Source: Auanema rhodensis (lineage: Eukaryota; Animalia; Nematoda). Taken from it: DNA of 64,000 nucleotides. The DNA lies in NCBI GenBank assembly GCA_964057225.1, contig OZ059899.1, positions 16,492,001 to 16,556,000 on the forward strand. The letters run 5' to 3'. The notes beneath the pieces are model-generated. The model saw nothing but the letters and a program-made list of their open reading frames with translations, was not told the DNA's origin and did no database searches. Position numbers and translations under genes: made by a program. How positions within the stretch are numbered: the stretch's first letter is position 1; the number at the start of each line of letters is the position of its first letter. Shown here piece after piece: positions 39,866 to 53,357 of this stretch.

Positions 39866-40501
39866 TTACACAAACGGCATATGGTCATCGCTCATAACAG
39901 TCTTCAGCAAATCTTTAAAGTATTCTCTCTTCTCTTTTGATTCAGCTTCAAGCTATAACAAAATAAAAATATTTGTTATTTAACTAATTACATACTTTTT
40001 CAACTTCTTCTTCCAATCTTTTTTTCGTAAGATCTAAATCTTCATCTCTAGCAATTACTCGCTCTATATCACGAATTTTGCCCTCAACATCGATTCTCTC
40101 CGGTGCCGTATAATGTATTTCATTATATAACTGAACATCAAATTCATTTTTTTAAATCAAGGAATGGTATTATTACTAATCTGTCAATTTTTTTTCCTTT
40201 GGCCTCTGTCAAAGCGTTCCGAACTGCTTCTGGTACATTTTTCCGTAATCGGCAGAGCTAAAGAAATAATAGTATTTTGTATCATAATTTTAAATATAAT
40301 CATATTGAATGAATATTGAAGTTTTCCCTTACAGATAAAACTTTATCATCAGCTTCTTCCTCCATCTTTTGATATTTTTCAAATAAATCAATGACTTTGG
40401 CAGCTGAAAACAGAAATGTTTTTTCAAAAAACCTAACAATTAAAAAATATATTACCATCTGCGCCATCGTTAACATCGTGTAGATTAAAAGAGGTGGACA
40501 T
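39866..40501 (-). CDS. Small (~140 aa) coiled-coil protein, possibly Nsl1/Mis14-like kinetochore subunit
   Basis: Five in-frame exons: MSTSFNLHDVNDGAD/AAKVIDLFGKYQKMEEEADDKVLS/LCRLRKNVPEAVRNALTEAKGKKIDRL/LYNEIHYTAPERIDVEGKIRDIERVIARDEDLDLTKKRLEEEVEK/LEAESKEKREYFKDLLKTVMSDDHMPFV*. The gene model is solid; the family call is tentative. Confidence 0.65.
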
Positions 40502-40867
40502 TGTTCAGAAATGATATGTTAAAGGGGTTTTAAATGAAACAACTAAATAAGGTGTTAGTTTACTTGGGCACATTCAAATATATAGCTTCGCGCCAATTGC
40601 GATTTGAGCAATGATTCATCATTTTCATAAGAACTTATGAATGAGTGCGACAAGAAATCGTTTTAGAAAATCTTAATTAAATTCTGAAACATTGGAAATA
40701 CTTTACAAAATGAAATAATTGAAATAAAATGGACAAATGTATAATTAATGTTCATAACAATTCCTGGACGTCCTTAAAATTATTTGTCCTTGAAAGTAGA
40801 GGCTATTAGCGACCTAAGTCTTTTTATTCCCCAAGGAATACTAATAATATTCATTCGATATTCAAAA

Positions 40868-41703
40868 ATGGCTATATTTTTTTGTTTTCTACTGAGTTTA
40901 CTATTTCTGAATACTGAAGCTGAGTAGGTTCAATTTTTTCAATTGGCACCTAATTTTGAAAATTATTTTAGAAATGTTTACTGTACTTATTACCGAGAGA
41001 CGGATGAGCTTACTTGTGGGTACGTAAAGTTTTAGATTATAAAATATTAATTTGAATAATCGTTCGGATTTCTTTGACGTTAACAATTGCAGTACTGTAA
41101 CTTGTCCAACACAAAAGCCGCCAATTGAAGGTCTAGAACAAGAAGGCCTGGATGCAAAACTACCTAGAGGATGGTAAGATCAAAGAAACATGTAAAAGGA
41201 TGATAAAGCTATTGACTCTCTAGGTATCGCATTGGGGTTATGCAGATTCGTAGAGATACAGCTTGGTTCAACTTGTATCGTCGACGAGCTGTAGGTAATG
41301 GGTACTGGGATTTCTATACAAATATTCCTGAACGAAATTGTGTCGGGTAAGTAATATATTTATAATTCTCATTATTTATCTATTTATTTTACAGCGGATT
41401 TGGTCTACATGCTGGAGATAATATTCTCGGATCAATAACAGTGAAAGACAAAAAGTGTTTTGATCGGCTTGTCTATCAGGCTAGTTTATTTTTTGATAGC
41501 ATGAGGATCCTTATAATTTTATTAATCAACATAGTCATTCTTCTTATCAATTTGAACTAAACTAATTTTAGATTGAACGCAAATCAACGTCAGAGAAATT
41601 TGATGTCCATCAATGCCGTAAGTGCATATTCCACAGCTGCTGGCTTGGATCACGCCTTCTCCCTGCCCAAAGAGAATACTTGACTAACCTTAGAAGCTAC
41701 TAA
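40868..41703 (+). CDS. Secreted ~170 aa protein with Tlde1/DUF2778 (L,D-transpeptidase-fold)-like motifs
   Basis: Six exons: MAIFFCFLLSLLFLNTEAE/NVYCTYYRETDELTCG/TVTCPTQ...AKLPRGW/YRIGVMQIRRDTAWFNLYRRRAVGNGYWDFYTNIPERNCVG/GFGLHAGDNILGSITVKDKKCFDRLVYQ/IERK...RSY*. The last intron needs a GC donor. Confidence 0.7.
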
Positions 41704-42164
41704 TCACTTTCCGATAATAAACTGTTTTTTATGATCGTAAAAACCCACAAGCGACATCGCATCAGTTCTCGTTCGATAGATTGTACTTGTTTTATAATGC
41801 ATAGCATTCGTTATCCTCGTGGCATTCGTCTACCAGATCTTGTTTAGTTCCCACTAATTCATATAAATCATTGCAACCATGTAATAACATTTTTAAAATT
41901 TCGTTTTCTTAAATTTATACAGACTGAAATATTATGATATAAAATGAAATATCTAATTGTGTAGCTTATGTCTTTGAAACATTTGTACTGTGTTTACAAG
42001 TGTCATTATGGACATGTCGTAGCGCCACGTTTCTTTGAAGTATTTACTTTAAGCATGTTTTATTAAAGTTTAATTAATTTTTATGATGGCATTCTTTTTC
42101 CTAGTGATGTTTTAGATATGATTTCAAATGGTTTTTTTCTATTTATTTTATTTTTAAGAGAACT

Positions 42165-43630
42165 ATGAAGTATATTCTTTTATTTGGGTTTTTGTTTCTC
42201 TCAGCTTGGGCAGCCGATTCAGAGGAGGTTCGTATTTCATCGTAATTTTCTTCTATTCTCTTAATTTTTTAAAAATTGATGTACTGACGCGAAGGTGTTT
42301 AAGGGAGTAAAAAAAGATTTTGTTGATCTTGATAATGCGGGCAAACAAGCTGATGTTCCTCCTTTAGACCAAGAAGATGTCGAAGGTAATTCGGGTGTTA
42401 CTGCTGCAAAGGTTTAATTTGCTAGAAAAATGTTTAAAATTTTGGTAATATATTCAGAAAGATGTGGACTTAGACTTTGCTCACGGTTTCTTAGCTAGTT
42501 TTTCTGTTATAATCGTTTCCGAACTCGGAGATAAAACTTGGTTTATCGCTGTTATTATGTCTATGCGTCATTCAAGACTAACAGTTTTTTCCGGAGCAAT
42601 TGCCGCTTTAGCTTTGATGACTGTACTCTCAGGTTTGTAAATTTGTGAAAGCTTATCAGCTGTAGTATTATTGTATGTTTAGCATGTCTTGGTTGGGTAA
42701 CACAACTTATTCCAAGAGCCATTACTTACTATATATCTACTGCTTTGTTTGCACTATTTGGATTGAAAATGCTTCACGAAGGTTATCATATGAGCCCCAA
42801 TGAAGGACAGGTGTGTCTTTTATCTCTATTTATCTTTTTTTTTCTTATATAGGAAGGTTATGAGGAAGCGCAAGCTGAGGTAGCTAAGAGAGAACTAGAT
42901 CTTGACGCTGGAAAATTTGTTGATATGGAAGCAGGTGGAAGTGGTCGTAATGAGTAAGCAGATAAATTTTCAATTATTGTTTATTTCAAAATTGCGTTGA
43001 ACAATGTTATTGTTGGAAATCTTTTTAGGAAAGAAAAGCTATTTGAAAAAATATATCGAAGGTATATATGTCCAAAGTGTATTACAATAATTTATTGAAA
43101 TCTTTGTTAAAATCCCTCCCTATGTTTTTTCAAATATTTCAATCCTCTTTTTACCTTGCGTTGGTATATGTAGCCTGAATTTGCTTTATTCATATTTTCA
43201 GGAGCTCTGTTTGGGTGATTTTCTCGTTCGCTTCTCGCATTTTCATTGAAGCTTTCACTTTAACTTTTGTAGCTGAATGGGGTGATCGATCTCAATTAAC
43301 AACCATAATCTTGGCTGCTAGAGAAAATATTGGTAAGCTTATTATTAAGCTTGATTTGTTTTGCTGATTTTTCTCTTTAAACTCTTCGTATTTTCAGCTG
43401 GAGTTATTAGTGGAGGTGTAATTGGACATGCTATATGTACTGGTATTGCCGTTGTTGGAGGAAAGCTTGTTGCTCAAAGAATCTCTGTTCGCACAGGTCA
43501 TATTCTTTCAATAACAATGTTTTAATGATTATTCTTTTTAGTTACACTCATTGGAGGAGTTGTCTTCTTAATTTTTGCTCTTTCTTCTCTATTCATCAGT
43601 AGTTTTGACGACAAACCAGTAGATGTCTAA
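42165..43630 (+). CDS. TMEM165: GDT1/TMEM165 (UPF0016) Golgi Ca2+/Mn2+ transporter
   Basis: Signal peptide, then both family motifs: SELGDKTWF and AEWGDRSQL; GHAICTGIAVVGG. Confidence 0.93.
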
Positions 43631-45924
43631 GTGTGACGATCACAATATAGATTTTCATATTGGGTATCTGTTTAACTGGAGAGCTTCATTGTATCTTATA
43701 TGCTCGCTTGGCTGTAACATGATGGTCCGGGTTTTCTATGTTCTGTGATCTGCAGGATTATCCGTTTTCACTCAACTCTGATAATGCAGTTTTACCACAT
43801 ACAGAGTTCTTCTTTGTCTCGCTTAGATAAAATTGGTTATAATTTAGTATAATCTGTTAATTTCATTTACCTGTGATTGTAAAAAGCGTAAGCCTTTCTT
43901 TAATACTGCATTGTTCCTAAAATCTTCAAGAAATAATACTAATAAGACGGTTCATAGTTGTCGGGGATTCTTATATCTAATTCTTGATCTTTCGTTTTAA
44001 AATTTTATTGGAGATTATCTGTTATTGTTTAATTAATTGAAATTGTAATATTGTGTTATAATATTTCACGAATTTCATAATAAACTTTAATTTTAATTAA
44101 ATTACTTCTTTTGTTCGTTGTCAAGATTTTCGTCGTTAGGATCTAAGTGTGCACTCATTGTGGGGTGTTCATACTAGGCTATTCATGGATCTGAACAGAC
44201 GTTACCAGTCAGCCGGTACATGCTATTAGCCGGCTTAGTCGATCAATATATTGCCATTTATAGTCATACTTAGATGTAGAGGAAGGCCAAATGTGAAAGC
44301 GAGACTATGCACATCTGGGGCTAGTGATGCCAAGTGTAGTATGAAGCTTGTCGAAAAGTGGGAGGGTGGTAGAAGAAGATCGGCATGGAAGCGATGAAAA
44401 CCGAGAAAAAGCAGAAAAAGAAGGCGATGAAGGAGAAAGAGAAGAAGTAGGAGGCGTGTCTAGCCTCAGTCCGCCTGCTGTATTTGGGTTTAGAGCGTAG
44501 CGCCGGGTTGTATGTATAACAGCTCCCATGAGCTTTTCAGTTCAAAGCTCTAGCTTCGCACAGCTGGCAAAGCTGTGCTGGATGTCTGAACACATCCGGT
44601 ATACTGCGGAATATTGCAGAATAAGCTGATCATGAGCATAAAGCATATGCCAAAACGTTGATGCTCACTACTTGTATTTTCTTTCTATTATGCCATTATT
44701 TGACATTTGTTTTTTTGTGTTGACTTTTTAGAAGAATTTATTGGCGCCAATTTACAGGTGTCTCATCTCTTGTACCACGTGGCTTGTCATTCTAGAGCTA
44801 ACACTCATCATCAGTATTGTGTGATTATCTGATGTCAATCCATCCTTTTCATCTGTTTATCTTAAATTTTGAATTAATTGAATAATGGGATAAGACAGAA
44901 AAAGAGTTTTTTTTCCATTTCGTCTTGTGTAACGCTGTACGGACTCTCGTGATCATCGAAATGTGAGCGACTTGTTTGCATTCCCTTGTTACTGTTAATG
45001 TTCTTTTACATCTAACTGTTCCGCCAAGTCACAGCACATCATCATCATTCGCAATAACTACCACTCTACCTATGGACTGTCTGCCTGATTTTCCTGACCA
45101 CAGTTGATCCTCTGACCTCAAACTAATCGGAACGACGGCTCCGTCAGTTTCGCTGTTGAACATTCTTCATCGGAAGCATCATCATCGCCAGCATAAGCAT
45201 CGAACTCATTGTTATTCATTCGTACTAGACATATGCTTTCCCCTCTTTTCTTTTCTGTTCTTCATCATCGTCCTTCTTCTTCTCGTCGTCGTTGTCTGCA
45301 CTGTTGTCTTTAATTTATTTCTTTAACCTTTTCATCATCACATCAGCTTTTCCCTTATCCCTTTCTCTTTCCGATTTAATTTATTTGTCTTTTGGCTATC
45401 ATATGCATGAAAGTCGGTCACGTTCCAATGTATCATTTACATCGTTTTGTTTCTGCTTTTCAGTTCTTTCTCTTCTACTGTCCATTTTCTTCAAAGTACA
45501 GTCAACGACTTCAGAATACATAGTATCACGTTATCACTTACAAAACAGTTTTTTCATTAAAGCTTCTACTTCGTTATCTTACAGTCTTTGACTAAAATAT
45601 TTCCCGAAAACTATTTTCTATTTCAGCTTTGATATAGTCAACTCATTGCTTATCAGCTTTTGGTGTTCAATTCTCAGACACAGAACAGAAATCGTTTGCC
45701 ACTGTCTTCGTCATTATTACTGTATTTTGGTATCTTGCATTCAGATGCTTAGCTGATCGTCAGATTTGTTATCTTTGCTTCTTCGCGTCTCAAATTCTCT
45801 CATATATTGTCTTTCTATCCTCAGAATAGATTCTATATTTCATCAAATAATAATATATTCAATATAGTATATATTCATATACAAACTACAATCTTATATT
45901 GTATGACCTCCTTCTCTTCTCATC

Positions 45925-48900
45925 ATGGGTAATCAACATCCTCGTAAAAGATTTGCCAACCAAGTAAGTTCTTTCTCAAATGATTTCTTTCTCATTTAAA
46001 AAAAAAAGATGAAGAGAGAGTTTTGCTTGTTACTTCATCAGTCAATTACACTAACGAATATTTTCTTTGATCATCATCTCTTATGTCCACAATACTACTA
46101 AACATGTGCTTCTTACACACACATACATACATACACATAGACACATAGACAGATGAAATAGAAAAGATAGAGTAATATACATATAAATAGACTAATTTTT
46201 AATGTAAATAATAATTATTATCATACAATTTATTCTTTTTTTTTGAAATTTTCAATGAAAATTCTTCTTTTTTTTTTGCTTTTTTTTGGTTCTCAGCTAT
46301 CGAAACTCAACTACTTTAGTAGAACTGTTGCTGATAATACTAAGAGTTGTTTCAAAATTAGATATTCAACAAGAGCTAGTTACATGTGTTGTCAATTTCA
46401 GCTAATAATTACAATAAATAAAAATATTTTCTTTCAGGATGATGATGATTTGCCAACGAAAAAGGCCCGATTCGATCATGATATTCTACCAACCGAAAAC
46501 AATTTGAAACGAAATGTATGTGTTAATTAGAGCGAAAAAATATTTTAATTATATGTATAATTATCAATTAAAAGTCAATTAAAATTGAAATTTATAATAA
46601 TTTTTATTGTTTTACATTGATTTTGATTTAGAATTTAACTTTTAATATTGAGAGAATGAAATATGAAAAGCTTGAAACAGAGATTTGTATGTTAATCGTT
46701 ATTCTGTACTTTTGAAAGATTGAAAAAAAATATTTTTCTTATTTCAAATATCAATAAAAACATTGCAGAATGTTTTCAAAAAACAATTTTTCAAACAATC
46801 TTAGACAATCTTGTTACAGAATGCTGCTGGAAAAGCAGGAGGACGATTTTCATTCTGCGCGCCGTCATGGAAATTTCAAAAGAACTATGAAGATGGTTAG
46901 TGCAACTTTAGCTCAAGTTTTAAAAACGATTTGAACCCCAGTTAAAACTTTAAATAACATACTAATCAACTACTAGATGCCTTTGTCTTCAATATTTTTT
47001 CGCAATCGCTAGTGTTGGGCTCCGCTGCAAGAAAAAAAGCAAAAAAGAAAAACGGGACTGAACATGGAGTGCACCCTCCAACCCACTCCGTCTTTCATCT
47101 AAGCTCTTCAAGCTGAACGTATTTCTGCTTTTCCTTGTTTTTCTTCAGATATGATGATAATATGAAATATGGCTAGTTTTTTGACAAAAATTTGTGACAT
47201 CTCTTTAAAGATTTACAACTAAATTTATGAATAGTTTGCTTCAAACTGAGTTTCTTTTACTATGAAGCTCAAATTTCACAAGCATTTTCATAGTGTATAC
47301 AAATTATGCTTTACATGCAAAAACAAGGAATTCTATATACAAGCTGGGTGTTGATCTGGAAATATATACTATGTATTTCATATACTATACATATAATATA
47401 GACAAACTGTGTGAGAAACAAGACATAAATATAGTGTCAGAAGATGAAAATGAACATTTCTTATTTCTTTGATAAAACAAAGTGTGGGAAAAAATGCTGT
47501 AGCATTCATGAACTTTCAATCATATTTGCTGATCTCATGGCTCTCCTCCTCATCATCATTTGTCAGCAGGCTATGATCTAATCTCATATATTTCGGGGTG
47601 ATGATAGCTTTTACGATTGAGACGATTTATCTAATAGTTCATCTGATGAGTTTACGCCTTTCTGTCATTCTATAACTTCATCAAGCATCAAACAAAAGAT
47701 CAGCAGATGGCATACATGGGTTAAGCTTATTCTAGTTTGAGTTTCAACTTTATATATGAGGATTACCAGCATGTTTTTTGCTATTGGTTAACCCATGTGA
47801 ACACTGGGGTTCCATTTTTCACAAAGCTACAACAATATTTCCTAAATTGTACTCAGTAAACATGAATATACCACATATCTTTCAGATAATCCTCAATCAC
47901 ATGAAAATGCTACACCTCAACAACTAGCTAATCGATGTCGATCTTTAGATGAATTTTGTGAAGAAGAACAAGGTGATTCAGAATTTGTTCGTCCATTATC
48001 TTCTGGGCGACATCATCGTCAGCATCACCGTCATCATCATCATCATCATCATCATCATAATACTCATCATCATCAATCAACAGGTTTGTTTACTAAATGA
48101 ATCTGTAATACGAGAGTTGAACTGTGAAAAAAGGAAAAATTTCATTTTCTTCACTTCATCCTTCTATGTATTGTCTTCGATTATGCAATTGATTTCTCCG
48201 GGGATCTGAACTCCCTAGGCAGATGTTGAGTTGCAGTCACCGACATTTGACAATTTCAATTTTTGGCCCCCTGAGGAGTGCTACAACTCATCATCAAGTT
48301 GGAAATTTGAGACATTTACGCATTAATCATGATACTGAAGTCAATGCTAATTATCATTAGTTACATATAATTCTTTTAACTATACTCTAATCAATGTTAT
48401 TAACTATAATTTTAGTTTAATTATAATTTTAGCGAGTTGTTCAACAATCTCTCGACCAGAATATCCAGTGCCATGGCTTGAAGCATTATTTCTACCTGAG
48501 TTCCCATCCAAATCAGCAGTAAACGAGAAAAACTTTGTGGTTCGTCTCAGTTATTAGAGATTTTAACTAACTAAATTTCATTTGATTTTGAAAACATTTA
48601 ATTTCTGAGCAATATATTTCCTGTTTTTGTAGTTAACCGACGAAATTGGATGCGGATCATTTGGTCGAGTATATCGAGCTGTAAGCAAAAGCGATTCAAA
48701 TTGCATTTATGCTATCAAAGTAGGATATTTTCCTCAAAACGTTCATTTTATTGAGAACTTTCCCCTCAATATCAAATAATAGCCAGTGTTAATCTTTCAG
48801 ATACAAGAAAAAGCCAAAATTTTGGGTAAAAATGCTGCTCTACAGGTGAAACGCGAAGCATCTTTATTGGTAAGTTCTCACTTTTTTTTCATTACCGTAA

Positions 48901-50519
48901 ACTTTTGAATACTAATTCTCGTTTTCTTTCAAATTCTTTTTATGAATATTTGAACAAAATTTTATGATTTTTGGTCATTGAAACGTCTTCAGTAAGTTAA
49001 TCCTCTTTTCAACAGTCTTAGATGTGATAAAACAGTGTCCGTTAGAGAGACATTTAAGGAGAAAAACTGTAATCTTTGCTCAAAACTAACAAATTTCAAA
49101 AATTGTTTAAGAAGGATCTGCATACTGTTCAGTTATCAATAAACATTTGAACAAGAAATTGTGTTTTTTGAACGAATTTTATAAAAAAAACCTACATGCT
49201 ATGCTATAAATTGGATTTGAAGAGTTGTGTCTTGAAGCCTCTTTGTAGCGGATCACTGCAAACAAACATCTGCACTTAAAGCTTCTGAGCAGAATTTGAA
49301 ACTGAAATAACAGTGTTGATTTTCAGCGTTTACTACCTCCATATGGCTTTATTTCACGCTTGTATGCTACATGGCAAACTCGTTCAAAGCTCTATTCATT
49401 GTTACAATATCCTGTTGGTGGACTTGGTGATCTGTTCACGATCTGGAGAGAGCATGGAAACATGAAAGAAGATCAACTAAGAATTTATGCTGCTGAAATA
49501 GCTTGTGCTTTAGGTTTCTCATCACTATAAATCAGAGAGTCTTACCATTTTTTCATGAAATTTTAGATTTCATTCATCGTAATGGCATCATCTATCGAGA
49601 TTTGAAATTAGAAAATGTCATCCTAGATTCCGAATGTCACATTCAAATTATTGACTTCGGATTAGCCAAACAGCTTCGTAATGGACAAAAAACCAAAACA
49701 ATTTGCGGAACTCTTCAGGTGATTCTGATGCAAAATAGACCATAAAGTACATTCATGAATTGACTGAAAACATCTTCGTTTGTCTGATTAATAAGGATCT
49801 TACAGCTGATGTTAACAAGAAATCAATTCTAACAATACTCAAAGCACTTAAGCATACATGAAGACACTTACTATTCAATTACAGTATATGTCACCTACAG
49901 TAGCAATGGGAACAGCATACTCTCATGAAGTTGATTGGTGGTCATATGGAGTATTACTACATATTCTGTACACTGGACGTTATCCATATCCAAATGCGGA
50001 AGCTGTTCATCATTCCGAGTTACGGTATGATTCTTGGGGAAAAGCATTTATAAACTTTAATCAATTATAGATTTATCGATTACAGTACACCATATGGATG
50101 TGGTAAAATCTTTGGAAATCTCTTAGATCGGGTATCATCTCTTATTCATTCCAATCAATTTCCAAATTTATTCTTTAGCTTCTAAGTTCGTCAAGTGACA
50201 ATCGTTTAAGTTCGTTTGCTGTAATTCATGCTCATCCCTTCTTTCATGAAATTAATTTTGAAGATGTCGAAGCGCGAAAGGTAAGTAACAGCTCATTCTA
50301 GTTATGAACTTCATGGAATTTTCTTTTTAGTATCGCCCAGGAATAGATTTCACAGATCCACGTAGTCTTCCATGTGATTCTGAAGACAGGAGTATACTAG
50401 ATGGAGAAGAAAATTGGAAAGCTTTCGAAGAAAAATACGAGGTAAGCGTGTGAACAATGAACAATCTTCAGATTATTTTTCAGTTTAACGACTTCTCATG
50501 CTTCTCAGAACCTTTGTGA
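45925..50519 (+). CDS. AGC kinase, RSKR/SgK494-like, with His-rich N-terminal region
   Basis: [14 protein letters not shown] pre-kinase motif, [43 protein letters not shown]. The start (MGNQHPRKR) and N-terminal exons are less certain. Confidence 0.85.
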
Positions 50520-50610
50520 TGTGTCATCAAATACAGAACTTATACTAAAGCTATAAGAAAATGAAGATTTTTGAAACATGTGACTGAAGAGAAAATAAAA
50601 TTTTACTGAT

Positions 50611-53129
50611 TTATAGAACATAACCACGAGAAAGGCTTTCAATGTTTTTTCGGAACCGCCGGAATACTTCAGGAAAATTGGGATTTTTACTAAAAGGCAA
50701 AATCCTATCTTAAACCTAATATAAGGTCAAATACCTGACATAAGAATGTAAAAGTTCTTCACATATCTTCTTAGAGGGATGAACCGGCTGGAACAAGTTG
50801 ATTCGGATCAGAGCACATATGAGATAATCTTCTGCTCTAGAAAATCTAAAAGAAATAATTGAAAACATACGAAAATTGAAAAAAGAAACTGACTCATATA
50901 ATCCTAATACACATACTAAGCGTAGACATATGATAGCTGAAATTTTAAATTTGAAGAAACAAACTTTGAAAAACTCAAAAATACTTTGATCAGGATGTAA
51001 GAACATATCTCGTGCTCTCATATTAGACAGCTCATCTTCTAAAACTTGAATTTTTTGTTCTTTACCTAAATATAAAATATATTGTCAACTTCCAAAAATA
51101 TATGTTACTTAAAACATGACAAAGCAAAGAATTCTGAATCTTTGCCCATTCAACGTGTCCAAACGGTAGTAGCTTCTGTTTTCGTGCCATCTCATATTCC
51201 TTGTATGTCGAGATATGACTAATCTAGAGATGGGAAAATTTAAAAAAGCAACTCAGAAGGAAGGCAGCATTGACTGGGGGATAATCGTCACAGATATCAG
51301 TGAGAAATTCCAGTCTTTCAATCATCGTTACATCGGGCGGAATTGAACCTTCATGCCATGAAGTATCAACAGACATTATCGGACTTGGCTGTTTGACCCA
51401 TGACAGGCGAAGATCAAAGTTAATATATTGTCCTTTCAAAATAAACCAAAAAAACTCTTATTACTCCAAAATTAAAGAAAAAGTCTGAGTTTATCAGAAG
51501 TTTCAGAAGGTTGGTTCAGACTCTTGTCGTTGATCATGATCGTCTTTCTATATCTCCTTTTTGAAATGAAACAATTCAAAAACCAAAATGCAACTCAGAA
51601 GGAAGGCAGCATTGACTGGGGGATAATCGTCACAGAAATCAGTGAGAAATTCCAGTCTTTCAATCATCGTTACACCTGACAGGATTGAACCTGCAAGTCA
51701 CCGTTAGAGACGCGAACATTTGGACTCGCCCATGCGACACACATACAGATGCTAATGAAAACTGCCTTTGAAATTTCAATTGAAAAACTCTTATATCTAA
51801 TTCGATAGAAGAATTAAAAGATTAAAATATTTGAACAAAGAGAACAGTGTTAAATGAGTTAACAAAGTAAGGGAAAACTGAATTTGAAAAAACATAACTA
51901 ACCACATCGTTGGAAGTTACAAGATCTTCAGCTGTTTGATCTAATGTAACACAAGATCGACAAATACAATCAAAAGGAAGAAATTTCTGAAAAAAAGAAA
52001 TAAAAAGGAAATAATTAATAATGAAACAAACTTTTCTTTCGTTGAATGACATATAAGCCAAACTAGCTCCATAGTTATCAAGTAGTTCTTCACCTTGTTT
52101 CACTCCCATACTCACAAATACAAAAGTATCTTTGACAAAGCTTAACGAAATTATATTTTTGAAGAATTATTCATTTAATGCCTTACTAACTGTAAACATT
52201 CGGTTTACAAGAATGATTAAAAATGGACGAAATTGGGAAAATCCCTGAGCCACTGGGCAACTCGTCGTCAATCCTAAGAAAAATCAATTATAAAAATGAA
52301 ATTGAGAAGAAAGGCTTGTAATCTATACCCTTTTAAAACCTTCTCTAATGGATATATAGTATGAGCATTCAAAGGAAGTCGATTACATAAATCATTTAAG
52401 GCTTTATGGAAAACATTATTATCAACTTTAGACCAACTAGGATGAACCTGAAAATTCTAAAATTAGTTAATTTTCAAGAATGTTATAACTTTTAATAAAT
52501 GATCTTCTATCTTTTGAATAATGTCCGAGAACATGGATATATCAATTGGGTCACCTTGAAGTAATTGCATTACAGAAAGATACTTTGATGTCTCCAAAAT
52601 TGGTTTAAAATTGGAATCGAATTCTAAAATTATTCATAAAAGTTAGCAGATTTTCATAAGACAAACGTTATGACCTTTTAAGTTGTTTTGAATATCCTCA
52701 ACATCGTAACTCAATAAAATTCTTAGAGCTAACTTCAACAGACCAAAATTCTCAATAGTACCTTCCGTTGGTTCTTCGTACAAAGCATAGTTCTTCAAAT
52801 ATTCACTTTCACAGAGCTCACAACTAAAACACATCCAGATCTCAGAATTCCTATTACAATATCAAACTAACACTTTTTTCACTTTTTCTTCCCCTGACAA
52901 GGCAGCAAGACACATTTTACAGTATGAGGGGTCTATGTTAACTACAACACCCTTTTCTAAACAAACTATTTCCCCAATTGGAATATCTTTCACAGCCTGT
53001 AAGTTTTAAGAGTTTCAAAAGAAATAAGTAAATTTGAACTCTTATAAATCTTTTCCTTGTTGTATCATATGCTATTTCAACTGATTCTGCTAATTGAGGA
53101 CATCCTTCCTTAGATACAAACCCTCTCAT
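50611..53129 (-). CDS. SET and MYND domain (SMYD-type) protein lysine methyltransferase
   Basis: RKRFIR/AVKDIPIGEIV pre-SET segment, CKMC and CELC zinc ligands, GIFPISSIFNHSCKPNV, GEELLDNYG, FDCICRSC post-SET. The C-terminal exon structure is uncertain. Confidence 0.8.
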
Positions 53130-53357
53130 CCTATAAAATGATAAAAACTGTCAATTTGGAAATCCAAAACTGGGTATTTGAAGGTTTGTATCAACATGAG
53201 TTCGTAATAACATCGTAACAGAGATACGTTTATCGTACATTCATATGGAAAACAACAACGGGATATACATTGTGAAACAACGTTGAGAACTTGTAAGCAA
53301 AGAGAAAGAGACAAATAATATTAATGCAATAAATAAAAAAATATTTTTAAAACTTAG

